Source: Candidatus Kapaibacterium sp. (lineage in GTDB: Bacteria; Patescibacteriota; Patescibacteriia; UBA9934). Taken from it: a stretch of 64,000 nt of DNA. Positions 17,922-28,746 of the stretch are shown here, one piece after another. Both the position numbers and the translations under genes were made by a program. Position 1 is the first letter of the stretch. The number at the start of each line of letters is the position of its first letter. Below the pieces are notes generated by a model, which was not told the DNA's origin, made no database searches, and worked only from the letters and a program-made list of their open reading frames with translations. The stretch covers positions 244,242 to 308,241 of the forward strand of contig JBILHA010000001.1 in NCBI GenBank assembly GCA_044350705.1, read 5' to 3'.

Positions 17922-18827
17922 ATGGCTCATGTTACGTTGATTGCGGGCGAATTACGCCGAAATGCGGTGCGAGAGGCGGTTCACGGATTAGGTGAGGCCT
18001 TTCGTGATCGAGTAAAGATTGCGAAGAATATTTTTATTAAGCCCGATGTAGGGCACTATGAGTTGCAGCTTGCCGCAACCCATGTAGACGCACTCCGTGG
18101 GCTTCTCGATGTTTTGCGAGAGATTACCGATGCTCCTATTGTTATCGCTGATGCAGGTCATTATGGGACGCTTCCGGGTTTCCGCCATTTTGGCTATGAG
18201 CGTCTTTTGGGAGAGTATGCACATGTTACCCTTCGAGACTTACAAGAGGGCGAAACTGTTGAAGGAGAAATTCAAGGTGTGCATGGCCCTATTGTTGTTC
18301 GACGTGCAAAGGAGGCGCTTCAGGCGGATGTAACAATAAGCTTGGGCACGTTGAAGACGCATCGTCTCTATGGTGCATGTCTTTCTCTTGCGAATTGGGT
18401 AGAGGGAACGTGGATCGTTCCTCCTCGACAAACTATTTCTGGACGGGTTTTTACGCGTTCTCCCTGGCTTGCTGCTGATGGGGATCGGGGTGCGCATGAA
18501 ATTATCCGTCAGCTTTATGAGCAACATCCGGTTGACATTGCCGTATTAGATGGGTTTCTCGGGATGGAAGGGGACGGTCCTACAGATGGTACCGCCATTC
18601 ATGTGGGCGTTGCGATTGCAAGCATGGATGCGGTTGCAACGGATGCGATCGGTGCAACGCTTATGGGAATTGATCCTCGAGCGCTTGGATATCTTGATAG
18701 CCTTGCACAGGCGGGAAAGGGTATTATTGATATCGCAGATATGGATGTTCCTCTACAGCTCTTACGAGATCGAAGTCGTATGTTTCAATTACCGTTTGAG
18801 CAACGAGGATTGAGGAATGTTGGTTGA
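17922..18827 (+). CDS. DUF362 family protein
   Basis: IFIKPD, ATH, LKTH...LSLAN, VLDGFLGMEGDGP, DAVATDAIGATLMG. Confidence 0.8.
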   Translation: MAHVTLIAGELRRNAVREAVHGLGEAFRDRVKIAKNIFIKPDVGHYELQLAATHVDALRGLLDVLREITDAPIVIADAGHYGTLPGFRHFGYERLLGEYAHVTLRDLQEGETVEGEIQGVHGPIVVRRAKEALQADVTISLGTLKTHRLYGACLSLANWVEGTWIVPPRQTISGRVFTRSPWLAADGDRGAHEIIRQLYEQHPVDIAVLDGFLGMEGDGPTDGTAIHVGVAIASMDAVATDAIGATLMGIDPRALGYLDSLAQAGKGIIDIADMDVPLQLLRDRSRMFQLPFEQRGLRNVG

Positions 18828-18912
18828 TGATGAACGTGAAGATTCCTCGGTCGACTTGGTCTCTCTCTCGGAATGACACTGAAAGTTTCCTTTATTCCCT
18901 TCCTTTTTTCTT

Positions 18913-19413
18913 ATGCCTACTCCTCTTTTTCCTGGTCGTTTTCAGCCGTTTCATCATGGGCATCTTTTAGTGATACAGGGCATGGTGAAAACGATGGGTG
19001 ATCCTGTTATTGTGATTTGTGATCCTGTAAAGCCCCAACCTGATGGCGATGATCTTTTTACGCTTGAAGAACGTCGAGAAATGATTTCTGCTGCGCTTCT
19101 TTCGGCAGATATCATGGATGCTACTATTGTGGTCGCGAAAGATGCGGGAAATGATGCGGATTGGGTAGAATATGTGCTTGATGCCGCAGAAAAAAAGAGT
19201 GATGTCGTGATGTGGTCTGGAAGAGAGGAGGTGCGCGCAGCGTTTGAGGCAAAGGGCATTGCTACAAAGAAAATCGTTCCTGTGCCGGGTATTGAGGGAG
19301 AAATGCTTCGTTCTCAAATGCGGGAAGGAAATGGAGAGTGGAGAAAGAAAGTACCTGCGGGAGCTCTCGATGTTATAGAAGAAGCACTTGTACGAAAGGG
19401 TATTTCTCAGTAA
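18913..19413 (+). CDS. Nicotinamide-nucleotide adenylyltransferase-like (NadM-type HxGH nucleotidyltransferase)
   Basis: GRFQPFHHGH, FTLEERREMI, WRKKVP. Confidence 0.8.
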   Translation: MPTPLFPGRFQPFHHGHLLVIQGMVKTMGDPVIVICDPVKPQPDGDDLFTLEERREMISAALLSADIMDATIVVAKDAGNDADWVEYVLDAAEKKSDVVMWSGREEVRAAFEAKGIATKKIVPVPGIEGEMLRSQMREGNGEWRKKVPAGALDVIEEALVRKGISQ

Positions 19414-19442
19414 AAAGGTGATCCCTCCTTGTGGGATCTGTT

Positions 19443-20504
19443 ATGCATCTTGTTCTCGTTCCGACCTACAATGAATATCAGAATATTCGGACTCTTCTTG
19501 ATGCATTATGTGTCATCCCTGATGTCCATGTTCTTGTTATTGACGACGCTTCACCGGACGGTACTGCTGAGGAAGTGAAATCACATGCGTTTTTTTTGGA
19601 GCGCGTTTTTTTATTAGAGCGAAAGGGGAAGGAGGGGTTGGGATCGGCCTATCGTGCGGGGTTTGCATGGGGGTTTGAGAAGGGGTATCACACACTTACG
19701 CAAATGGATGCAGACTTTTCTCATGATCCACAGGATCTCCCTCGGCTCCTGGCCGAGGTGATGGCAGGTGCTGATGTTGCTATTGGTTCGCGTAAGATTC
19801 CTGGAGGTGAAATTGTCGGATGGGGACCTTGGCGAACATTTTGTAGCTCTGGAGCGATGGGCGCTTCGCGATTATGCTTGGGACTGAAGACGCGTGATGT
19901 TACTGCGGGTTTTCGTACATGGAAGCGGAGTTTTGTTGAGCAGATTCCTGTACTGAGTCTGAAAAGTAATGGCTATGCTTTTCAAGAGGAGATGATTTTA
20001 GTGGCAGAGCTACGCGGTGCCCAGGTGAAAGAGGTGCCTGTCATTTTCCGTGACCGCATTCATGGGACCTCTAAGCTTGGTTTTAAAGATGTGCGCGAAT
20101 TTTTTTATACACTGAGCCGTCTTACGGCGATGCGAAGAAAGCGTTTTCTCGTGTATATCCTTATTGGCGGAGTTGGGGCGCTTATTGATTTGGGAGGATT
20201 TCTTTTTTTGCACCAGGTGGTAGGTCTTTTTCTTCTTCCTGCAAATATTATTGCTACGAGTATTGCCGTCATTCACAATTTTCTTTTTCATCACTATGTC
20301 ACTTTTAAGGAGCATGAGCAGGTGGCATCGGTTGCTTTTGCGCGTTTTGTCGGCGTATCTCTTGTGGGCATTGCCTTAAACTCAATTATTGTTTTGGCGG
20401 GAGTAGGTTCTGGAATGCTTCCTGCGTTTGCTAAAGTCCTGGCTATCGTTTGCGTCACTCTGTGGAATTACCTTATGAATGCACGAGTTACTTTTAAAGT
20501 ATGA
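19443..20504 (+). CDS. Polyprenol-phosphate glycosyltransferase (GT2, Dpm1/Ppm1-like) fused to C-terminal GtrA domain
   Basis: VPTYNE, IDDASPDGT, GLGSAY, QMDADFSH, GYAFQEE; C-terminal 4 TM GtrA pattern (NFLFHHYVTF, WNYLMNARVTF). Confidence 0.88.
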   Translation: MHLVLVPTYNEYQNIRTLLDALCVIPDVHVLVIDDASPDGTAEEVKSHAFFLERVFLLERKGKEGLGSAYRAGFAWGFEKGYHTLTQMDADFSHDPQDLPRLLAEVMAGADVAIGSRKIPGGEIVGWGPWRTFCSSGAMGASRLCLGLKTRDVTAGFRTWKRSFVEQIPVLSLKSNGYAFQEEMILVAELRGAQVKEVPVIFRDRIHGTSKLGFKDVREFFYTLSRLTAMRRKRFLVYILIGGVGALIDLGGFLFLHQVVGLFLLPANIIATSIAVIHNFLFHHYVTFKEHEQVASVAFARFVGVSLVGIALNSIIVLAGVGSGMLPAFAKVLAIVCVTLWNYLMNARVTFKV

Positions 20505-21838
20505 AGGAAAAGCAGGCGTGGAGAGATCGCATCTTGTATATTTTTGGAGTGGTGATCGCTGTTCTCTTTTTTGCTTTTCAAGTCCACCAGCTTCTCTCCT
20601 TTAATCCGTATTGGGGATATGACGGAGGCGCGCATGTCCATATTCTTGAGACCCTTCTTTTCGAGCGTCGCATCCCTTCTCTTGAAGAAAATTATCTTGC
20701 GTGGCATGAGCCATTTTACTATCTCGTCCTCGTAGGCTTTGGATTTCTTTCTGTACCTTTTTGGGTATCGCATTTGCTCATTGTTGCCGCGCTTGATGTA
20801 TTGGTATTTACGTTGTGGAGACGCATGGGGTTTTCTGCAGGTTATGCATTAGCTGGTGCTCTTGCGACACTTGGTCTTCCTGCCTTTTTGGAAGTCGGTA
20901 TGTTCTTTACCAATGAGGCGCTTAACTATGTTTTTGTCCTTGCGATCATCCATTTGGCCCTGACGATGTGGAGAGAAGAAAAATGGTCATGGAAATCTGC
21001 AGTTCTTCTAGCGCTGTGCGTGGGGCTGGGAGTGGTAACAAAGATAACGGCATTGGTTGCATTTGGGGTGACGGTTATTCTTTTGATAATAAAGATGATA
21101 CGGATAAGAAAGAAGAAGGCAGAAGTACTGAAATATACGGGAACCGTTCTCTTCACCATTGCGTTTGCAGTGCTTTGCTATATACCCTGGTATGTTGTGC
21201 GCAGCAATGGCCTTTCTCAGGCGTCTATCAACAATTACGACATGCTTCCGGCAAAGCCCTTGATGCTTGATGAGCGTGTGCAGTTCATGACTACTTTTGA
21301 TGCGAACATCTTCCTATTTCCTTTTTGGTATGCAGGGGGAGCGGGATTTTGGAGCATGTTATATGCCGATACGGTGAGCGATTATTTAGGAATTTTTGAA
21401 AATCAAGATCGAAAGAATGCATTGCCAGAAGAAGATCGAGTACTTACGACGCATAATGGAAATTTTGTGAGTGCGTATCGAAAACCACTGGCAACATGGG
21501 CTTTGCGATTAGGATTTATCCCGGTAGGAATCATGATTGTGGGTGTAATTTATGCCTTTGCGCAGCTGATCAAAGAAAAAGGCAAGGCATTTTCTGATGC
21601 TCTGCCCGTGCTTGGATTCTTTTCGGCATTTCTTTTAGCGCTCATGTATTACGCGTATCGCTATCCGTATTACGATCAAGGGGTGGTGAAGTCGATTTTT
21701 ATCGCTCCTGCATTTGTTCTTCCGCTTGCGATGGGTATGCGGGGTATCACGAAGCTCCCTTGGGGGGTGCAGGGAATGCTTTTTGTGGGATGGGGAGCGT
21801 ATATCGTTGTGGTGTTAATGCTCTTTTTTATCAATTAG
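20501..21838 (+). CDS. Multi-TM GT-C-like membrane glycosyltransferase (PMT/ArnT-like)
   Basis: GYDGGAH after TM1, WHEPFYY, TNEAL, GLGVVTK; translationally coupled to the GT2-GtrA gene. Confidence 0.6.
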   Translation: MKEKQAWRDRILYIFGVVIAVLFFAFQVHQLLSFNPYWGYDGGAHVHILETLLFERRIPSLEENYLAWHEPFYYLVLVGFGFLSVPFWVSHLLIVAALDVLVFTLWRRMGFSAGYALAGALATLGLPAFLEVGMFFTNEALNYVFVLAIIHLALTMWREEKWSWKSAVLLALCVGLGVVTKITALVAFGVTVILLIIKMIRIRKKKAEVLKYTGTVLFTIAFAVLCYIPWYVVRSNGLSQASINNYDMLPAKPLMLDERVQFMTTFDANIFLFPFWYAGGAGFWSMLYADTVSDYLGIFENQDRKNALPEEDRVLTTHNGNFVSAYRKPLATWALRLGFIPVGIMIVGVIYAFAQLIKEKGKAFSDALPVLGFFSAFLLALMYYAYRYPYYDQGVVKSIFIAPAFVLPLAMGMRGITKLPWGVQGMLFVGWGAYIVVVLMLFFIN

Positions 21839-21843
21839 AAGTT

Positions 21844-22062
21844 TTACAACGATTTTTCTTCAAATAATGCTTCAACAGGAATACTGAAATAGTCAGCGAT
21901 TTTTAATACCGTTGTGATGCCGGGTTCAGAAATGTTTTTTTCAATCGCGCTGAGTGCTTGTCGTGACACACCTATGGCGTCCGCAAGTTCTTGAAGAGTG
22001 ATGCCATGATCATCACGAACTTCTGCAAGAGTGCAGAGATATACTTTTTCTGTCATAGACAT
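21844..22062 (-). CDS. XRE-family HTH transcriptional regulator
   Basis: ITLQELADAIGVSRQALSAIEKN...VLKIADYFSIPVEALF. Confidence 0.9.
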   Translation of the reverse strand: MSMTEKVYLCTLAEVRDDHGITLQELADAIGVSRQALSAIEKNISEPGITTVLKIADYFSIPVEALFEEKSL

Positions 22063-22151
22063 TGAGATGTCGGTTTAAGAGAAAAGGGAGGCATGATTGT
22101 GGAGAGGATTTTGGGTAATGGCGGGTTATTTATTTTAGTGTGAAAAACATG

Positions 22152-22232
22152 ACGTAAGTATACTTTACATTTTGCATTTCACGACGCAATAAACATTGGC
22201 GTTTTTAAAATGCATGTAAAGTATACTTACGT
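22152..22232. promoter_or_regulatory. Pair of inverted operator-like sites upstream of XRE gene
   Basis: ACGTAAGTATACTTTACAT (22152-22170) and its exact reverse complement (22214-22232). Confidence 0.65.
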
Positions 22233-22283
22233 TAGTTTTTTGACATAAAAAAGAAGAAGCATTTTCGTGCTTCCTCTCATTTC

Positions 22284-24005
22284 TCACCTCCTTCTTAGGA
22301 GAATCTTCCATTCATTATCTTCATGTGCCACCTCCCAATCTTGTAAACTGATCACTTCTTCTTTAAATCTCAATTCTCTACTTTCAGCACCGTTTGGCCA
22401 GGTATCTTCTTCGTAAAAGAAGGGGTAGTAGGTGTTTCCTTCCTCGTCTCTTGCCTTAAAGAGCAATAGCGCATCTATTCCTCTTTCATCAAAAGCTTGT
22501 GTTACTTTTGTTGCAGAAGAGAGTTCTGAAATACTTTTTATGTTATTCAAGCGCGTTTGCCAGTGTGCAGCAGGGTGGCTGAAGTGCGGATTCCATGCTA
22601 AGTAGTGGGTGAGTGGGAGTATGCCATTTATATCCTGGAGTCCACTCATCAACCATGTCCGTTCTTTATAATCAGGAACAAAAACTCTGATATTTTCTGC
22701 AACGAATGCGCTGGTCTTCTTTATCTTGTTTTGTTCGAGTTGAGCTTGAATTTTTATATCTTCTAAAAAGATTCCCTGAGGAAAGAGAGGTGCAGTGAGC
22801 AGTATTCCTGCTGCGAACATGCGTTGTACCGTTTTGGGATGGGTGACTTGTTTTTTCTCGACCATTTCTGCTATCCATTCAACTGCCGGCAAAAAGAGTG
22901 TCACGGTTCCGAGAAAAAGAAACGGTTTGCTCAGCATTACTGATTTTCCTCCCGTTGCAAGTACGGTCATTTGCACGATGTGCCAGAGAAGAATACTCCC
23001 TCCCAACGCAAGGCTTGCCTTTTGTGCCGACGTAAGTTCTTCTTTTCTGAAGAAAGAAAAAAGGCTCGCAATGATGAGGATCCCGGCGGGAGTAAAGGCC
23101 ATCCAGGGTGCGTAAATATTGATATCCGTGTGATAGAAATACACGGCTTGGAAATTTTCTTGTCCGAGCGTGATGAGATCATGAAGGTAGGGAAGAAGGA
23201 AAGGGGACGAGATGAGGGTAACGATGATACCGATTGAGACAAAGGAGAGAGCGTTTTCTTTCAATGAGCTTCCTGTCAGACGGAGCCATATGATCAGCCC
23301 TATCATTGCAGGGATGAGCAGGACGAACCAGAAATAGTAGAGAAGGAAGATGATCCCTCCCGTCATGCCAAGTATGATTCTGAGACGATGAGTAGGGGAT
23401 TGAAGGAGTTTATAGAATCCCCAGAGCCAGAGGACGCTTAACAGTGCTGCTGCAACCTCATAGGGTTTTAAGAGCAGGGATTCTGTATTCATGCATAGGA
23501 GCGTAGCGACTGAAAGAAAGAGTGCGGTTTTTTGTTCGTTTTGAGGCCATCGACACCATTTTGCAAAAAATACCGAGATCAGCGGAAGCGACGCGTAGGT
23601 AATCATTGTTCCCCATTGCGCTGCAGAAATGCCGTCCCAATTAAAGAGGCGGCCAAGGGTTCCGAAAATCCAGAAGTAGAGCGGGGGATAAAAAACGGAA
23701 AGACCTTCATAGAAGAAATCGCTGAATGGCTGTCCGGCGATAACGCGTTCCATGAATGCGATTTGAAACGTTTCATCGCCTTGGTTTCCCCAGAGAAGGG
23801 TATGTCCTGGAAGGAGAATGATTGCAGCTCCCAGTGACCAGACTAGCCCTATCGCGAGCGCCCAAAAAGAGAGTGCAATTTTCTTTTTATAAAGTGCAAG
23901 AAAGAGCAGAATACCTGTTCCTAAGAAAAGAAGCATGCGTGCAATGGCGATATGTTGAAGAAGATCTGCGGATAACATAAGTGTTCGCTTTTTGTTTGGT
24001 AGCAT
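22284..24005 (-). CDS. AftA-like arabinofuranosyltransferase (GT-C)
   Basis: WGNQGDETF...SDFFYEGLSVFYPPLYFWIFG and C-terminal NPHFSHPAAHWQTR resemble recalled AftA N- and C-terminal motifs; about 12 TM. Confidence 0.65.
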   Translation of the reverse strand: MLPNKKRTLMLSADLLQHIAIARMLLFLGTGILLFLALYKKKIALSFWALAIGLVWSLGAAIILLPGHTLLWGNQGDETFQIAFMERVIAGQPFSDFFYEGLSVFYPPLYFWIFGTLGRLFNWDGISAAQWGTMITYASLPLISVFFAKWCRWPQNEQKTALFLSVATLLCMNTESLLLKPYEVAAALLSVLWLWGFYKLLQSPTHRLRIILGMTGGIIFLLYYFWFVLLIPAMIGLIIWLRLTGSSLKENALSFVSIGIIVTLISSPFLLPYLHDLITLGQENFQAVYFYHTDINIYAPWMAFTPAGILIIASLFSFFRKEELTSAQKASLALGGSILLWHIVQMTVLATGGKSVMLSKPFLFLGTVTLFLPAVEWIAEMVEKKQVTHPKTVQRMFAAGILLTAPLFPQGIFLEDIKIQAQLEQNKIKKTSAFVAENIRVFVPDYKERTWLMSGLQDINGILPLTHYLAWNPHFSHPAAHWQTRLNNIKSISELSSATKVTQAFDERGIDALLLFKARDEEGNTYYPFFYEEDTWPNGAESRELRFKEEVISLQDWEVAHEDNEWKILLRRR

Positions 24006-24091
24006 GATAGTATTGTTGTATTCCCGTATAGAGCGGGTATATACCCCCTAAGAAGGCCATCCTTCTTGGGACGTTTTTGCTGATTAGCCTT

Positions 24092-26155
24092 ATGTCTTCA
24101 TTTGAACTGCAGTCATCATACAAGCCCGCAGGCGATCAGCCAAAAGCGATTCAGGGTTTGGTTGAGGGTCTTCAAAAGAAAGAGCGTTTTCAAACGCTGC
24201 TTGGTGTTACGGGATCTGGAAAGACCTTTACGATGGCAAATGTTATTCAAGAGGTGCAACGCCCAACGCTTGTTATTGCACATAATAAGACGCTTGCCGC
24301 GCAGCTCTGTAATGAGTTTCGTGAATTCTTTCCAAATAACACCGTAGAATATTTCGTTTCGTACTACGACTATTATCAGCCAGAGGCGTATATGCCTCGT
24401 ACCGATACGTACATTGAAAAAGAGGCAACGATTAATGACGAGATTGATCGTTTGCGCCATGCGGCTACACAGGCGCTTCTTTCGCGTCGAGATGTCATTA
24501 TTGTTGCGTCGGTTTCTTGTTTATATAGCTTAGGTTCCCCTGAAGCGTATCAGCGTGAAGTTATTTATCTTCGTGTCGGGGATGGGCAGTCTCGAGAAGA
24601 TATTCTTCGTCGTATGATTGATCTTCATTTTGAACGCACTTCTGCGGATGTTTTCCGAGGCCAACTTCGCGTGCGAGGAGATGTTTTAGAATTCATGCCT
24701 GCAAACGAAGAAATGCTGTATCGGGTAGTTTTTGGTCCTCTCGGAGCAGAAGAAATTTTTCAGCTTGATCCTATTACTCGGTCAATGAAGAAAACGATGA
24801 AAGACGTATGGGTATTTCCGGCCAAGCACTTCATGTCCTCAAGTGATGAACGTGAACGCGCGCTCAAGTCTATTGAATTTGAACTTGAAGAGCGATTAAA
24901 AGAACTTGATAAAGAAGGGAAGATTTTAGAATATGAGCGATTACAGCGTCGGACGAAATACGATCTTGAAATGATTCGCAATATTGGTTTTTGTTCTGGG
25001 ATTGAAAACTATTCTCGTCATTTTGACGGACGCTCGCCAGGTGAGCCTGCATACACACTCCTTTCCTATTTCCCTAAGGATTTCTTAACGATTATTGATG
25101 AAAGCCATGTGACCATTCCTCAAATTGGAGGGATGTATGCAGGAGATCAGGCACGTAAACAAACGTTGATTGATCATGGATTCCGTTTGCCTTCCGCGAA
25201 AGATAATCGTCCGCTCACGTTTGATGAATTTATGGGAACTGTCGGGCAAACCGTGTTTGTTTCTGCGACGCCTGGTCCTTTTGAGAAACAGCATTCTGAT
25301 CGAGTTGTAGAGCAGATTATTCGTCCTACGGGTCTTATTGATCCTGAAACGCTGGTGCTTCCGGTTACCGCTACTGATGAAGGTCCAGATGGAAAGCCTT
25401 TTGACGGCCAGGTTCCCGACATTATTCGTCGTGTCAGAGAACGTATTGCACAAGGTGAGCGCGCACTGATCACTACTCTTACGAAAAAGATGTCTGAAGA
25501 TCTGGCAGAATATCTTAAGCAAGAAGGGGTGAAGGTTGCGTATCTGCACTCAGATGTGGAAACACTCGATCGCATCGCCATTCTTACCGACCTTCGTAAG
25601 GGCGTCTACGACGTAGTAGTTGGTGTCAACTTGTTGCGTGAAGGTCTCGACCTTCCCGAAGTTTCTCTTATTGGTATTTTGGATGCAGATAAAGAGGGAT
25701 TCCTTCGTTCTGAAACGTCGCTTATCCAGACGATTGGTCGTGCAGCGCGCCATCTTCATGGACTTGTTGTGCTTTATGCAGACAATATGACGGGTTCACT
25801 TGAACGCGCCCTTCAGGAAACTGCGCGTCGTCGTGCGATTCAAATTGCGCATAACCAGGAGCACGGTATCACTCCGCAATCAGTGAAAAAGAATATTTCT
25901 GATATTCGTGTCATGCTCGGAGATGATGCGGATCGTACCGAGGAGATTAAGAAAGTGCTTGATATTGAGCTCACTGCTTCTCCCAAAGAACTTGCTGAAG
26001 TCATTAAGGAAAAGAAAGTGGAGATGGAAAAGGCAGCAGAGCTCCTCATGTTCGAGACTGCGGCGATTTTGCGCGATGAAATTAAAGTGCTTGAGGTTGA
26101 ATTGGCGGCAAAGAAATTAGTGAAGGCTGATAAAGTTAAAAAGCGTAAGAAATAA
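24092..26155 (+). CDS. uvrB: Excinuclease ABC subunit B
   Basis: [54 protein letters not shown]. Confidence 0.98.
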   Translation: MSSFELQSSYKPAGDQPKAIQGLVEGLQKKERFQTLLGVTGSGKTFTMANVIQEVQRPTLVIAHNKTLAAQLCNEFREFFPNNTVEYFVSYYDYYQPEAYMPRTDTYIEKEATINDEIDRLRHAATQALLSRRDVIIVASVSCLYSLGSPEAYQREVIYLRVGDGQSREDILRRMIDLHFERTSADVFRGQLRVRGDVLEFMPANEEMLYRVVFGPLGAEEIFQLDPITRSMKKTMKDVWVFPAKHFMSSSDERERALKSIEFELEERLKELDKEGKILEYERLQRRTKYDLEMIRNIGFCSGIENYSRHFDGRSPGEPAYTLLSYFPKDFLTIIDESHVTIPQIGGMYAGDQARKQTLIDHGFRLPSAKDNRPLTFDEFMGTVGQTVFVSATPGPFEKQHSDRVVEQIIRPTGLIDPETLVLPVTATDEGPDGKPFDGQVPDIIRRVRERIAQGERALITTLTKKMSEDLAEYLKQEGVKVAYLHSDVETLDRIAILTDLRKGVYDVVVGVNLLREGLDLPEVSLIGILDADKEGFLRSETSLIQTIGRAARHLHGLVVLYADNMTGSLERALQETARRRAIQIAHNQEHGITPQSVKKNISDIRVMLGDDADRTEEIKKVLDIELTASPKELAEVIKEKKVEMEKAAELLMFETAAILRDEIKVLEVELAAKKLVKADKVKKRKK

Positions 26156-26156
26156 T

Positions 26157-28736
26157 ATGCGGGATGAAATTGTTATCAAAGGTGCTCGTGAGCACAATCT
26201 CAAAAATATTTCCCTTTCCATTCCTCGAAATAAGCTCGTATGTTTTACGGGACTTTCAGGAAGTGGAAAATCATCGCTTGCGTTCGATACGATTTTCGCG
26301 GAGGGGCAGCGACGTTACGTAGAATCTTTGTCGGCTTATGCGCGACAGTTTTTGGGGAACATGCAAAAGCCTGATGTCGATGAGATTGAAGGTCTTTCTC
26401 CTGCGATTTCTATTGATCAAAAGGCACATGGTCGTAACCCACGTTCCACCATTGCTACGATTACAGAAATTTACGACTACCTCCGTGTGCTTTATGCGCG
26501 TATTGGAAAGCCGCACTGTCCGATTTGTGGGAAGCCTATTGAACGTTTGTCAGTTGATGAGATGGTTGATGTCGTGATGCGGGGATTGAAAGAGGGGAGT
26601 AATCCGGCGAGTAGCCGGACGGGAGGGAGTGAAGGGAGTGGGGGGAGTGGAAGACTCCGACGAAAGGAGGAGTCTCAAGGGAGAGGTGAAGAGGTTTTGG
26701 TTCTTGCGCCGGTTGTTCGAGGAAGAAAGGGGGAGTATTACCAGTTGCTTTATGATTTGTATAATGCGGGGTATGCAAAGGTGCGGGTTGATGGAGAAAT
26801 GCATCGCTTGAGTGAGAAGATTGAGCTCTCTCGTTACAAGCAGCACACGATTGAAGTGGTGATTGATACCATTCCTGTGGTGTTGTTGTCTTCAAAAGAT
26901 GGTCGTCAGCGTTTGGCTGATGCGCTTGAGCAGGCAATTGCGAAAGGAGAGGGAGTTGCACAGGTGGTGACGCCGTACGAAGATCGGACGCTTTCTTCAA
27001 AATTTAGTTGTGCGGATGATGGATTCTCTTTCCCAGAAATTGAACCTCGTTTGTTCTCTTTTAATAGTCCGTATGGGGCATGCCCTGCGTGTTCTGGGTT
27101 GGGAACGGTAGATTTATTCTCCGACAAGCCGTGTGAGGTGTGCCATGGAGATCGCTTACGCAAAGAGGCGTTGCATGTTTTGATTGAAGGGAAGTCCATT
27201 GTTGATGTGGTGAGGTTTTCTGTTGATGAAGCGGTACATTTTTTCTTGTCGATTGAGCTTTCTGACCGCGATAAAGAGATTGCGGCAACGATTCTTAAAG
27301 AAGTAGAAAATCGTCTTGGCTTCATGCTTGATGTAGGTCTTCATTATCTAACGCTCAATCGAACTGCGGGAACCTTGTCTGGAGGTGAGGCGCAGCGTAT
27401 TCGTTTGGCATCTCAGATTGGCTCACATCTTGTAGGAGCGATGTATGTACTTGATGAACCAACGATTGGATTGCATCAGCGAGATAACGAAAAGCTTATT
27501 CGTACGCTTGAAGAGCTTCGTGATCTTGGCAATACGGTTCTTGTGGTTGAGCATGATGAGGATACGATTCGTCGTTCTGATTACATGGTAGAGATTGGTC
27601 CTGGCGCGGGTATTCATGGTGGACATGTTGTGGCGGCAGGAACAACGCCTGAAGTGTTTAAAGATAAAAATTCTCGGACGGGGGCATATCTTCGAGGAGA
27701 TGTAGAAATTGAGGTTCCCAAAGAACGTCGGAATCGCGATGCGGGAGCGATAAAAGTAAAAGGTGCTACGGGAAATAACCTCAAGAATGTTGATGTTGAT
27801 TTTCCGCTGAAGAAATTTGTGTGTGTTACCGGGGTTTCGGGAAGTGGAAAGTCGACGCTTGCGCATGACACGATGTATGTAGCGGTTGCGAAAAAGCTGT
27901 ATGGCAGTTCTGAACAACCTGCGCCGCATCAGGCTATTCTTGGTATTGAATATATTGATAAAGCGATTCTTATCGATCAGTCAGCTATTGGTCGAACGCC
28001 TCGTTCTAATCCTGCTACCTATACGGGTGCATGGGGTCCGATTCGCGAACTCTTTACGCAAACGGAAGAAGCGCGTGTACGCGGTTATAAACCAGGACGT
28101 TTTAGCTTTAACGTTGCGGGAGGTCGTTGTGAACACTGTGAGGGGCATGGCGTGATTGCGATCGAGATGCATTTTTTGCCGACCGTGTATGTAACGTGTG
28201 AGGTATGTAAAGGTAAGCGCTTTAATCGTGAAACCCTTGAGGTGACCTTCAAAGAGAAAAATATTTCTCAGGTGCTTGACATGACGATTGAAGAGGCTGC
28301 TGAATTTTTTGTAGACATTCCTGAAATTCATGTAAAGCTCAGGGCGCTGAATGAGGTAGGATTGGCGTATATTACGTTAGGACAAAGTGCGACAACTCTC
28401 TCGGGAGGTGAGGCGCAGCGTGTAAAACTTGCTTCCGAGCTTTCCAAGCGTCAGACGGGAAAGACGCTGTATCTCCTTGATGAACCTACTACCGGTTTGC
28501 ATTTTGATGATGTGAAGAAACTTTTGGAAGTGCTCCATCGTTTAGTTGATAAGGGAAATTCAATGGTGATCATTGAGCATAACTTAGACGTGATTAAAAC
28601 TGCTGACTGGATTATTGATATGGGTCCCGAAGGAGGAACAGAGGGCGGGACAGTAGTAGTTACCGGTACTCCTGAAGATGTTGCGCGTCATGCGAAGAGT
28701 CATACAGGTCAATATCTCAGAAAATATTTGAAATAG
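26157..28736 (+). CDS. uvrA: Excinuclease ABC subunit A
   Basis: [25 protein letters not shown], two LSGGEAQR, second TGVSGSGKS, Zn-finger motifs. Confidence 0.98.
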   Translation: MRDEIVIKGAREHNLKNISLSIPRNKLVCFTGLSGSGKSSLAFDTIFAEGQRRYVESLSAYARQFLGNMQKPDVDEIEGLSPAISIDQKAHGRNPRSTIATITEIYDYLRVLYARIGKPHCPICGKPIERLSVDEMVDVVMRGLKEGSNPASSRTGGSEGSGGSGRLRRKEESQGRGEEVLVLAPVVRGRKGEYYQLLYDLYNAGYAKVRVDGEMHRLSEKIELSRYKQHTIEVVIDTIPVVLLSSKDGRQRLADALEQAIAKGEGVAQVVTPYEDRTLSSKFSCADDGFSFPEIEPRLFSFNSPYGACPACSGLGTVDLFSDKPCEVCHGDRLRKEALHVLIEGKSIVDVVRFSVDEAVHFFLSIELSDRDKEIAATILKEVENRLGFMLDVGLHYLTLNRTAGTLSGGEAQRIRLASQIGSHLVGAMYVLDEPTIGLHQRDNEKLIRTLEELRDLGNTVLVVEHDEDTIRRSDYMVEIGPGAGIHGGHVVAAGTTPEVFKDKNSRTGAYLRGDVEIEVPKERRNRDAGAIKVKGATGNNLKNVDVDFPLKKFVCVTGVSGSGKSTLAHDTMYVAVAKKLYGSSEQPAPHQAILGIEYIDKAILIDQSAIGRTPRSNPATYTGAWGPIRELFTQTEEARVRGYKPGRFSFNVAGGRCEHCEGHGVIAIEMHFLPTVYVTCEVCKGKRFNRETLEVTFKEKNISQVLDMTIEEAAEFFVDIPEIHVKLRALNEVGLAYITLGQSATTLSGGEAQRVKLASELSKRQTGKTLYLLDEPTTGLHFDDVKKLLEVLHRLVDKGNSMVIIEHNLDVIKTADWIIDMGPEGGTEGGTVVVTGTPEDVARHAKSHTGQYLRKYLK
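26595..26675 (+). repeat. In-frame intragenic hairpin repeat (copy 2, in uvrA) plus second hairpin
   Basis: Matches 4868-4921; followed by AGACTCC-gacgaaagga-GGAGTCT (26652-26675). Confidence 0.85.
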
Positions 28737-28746
28737 GGATGGAGCT

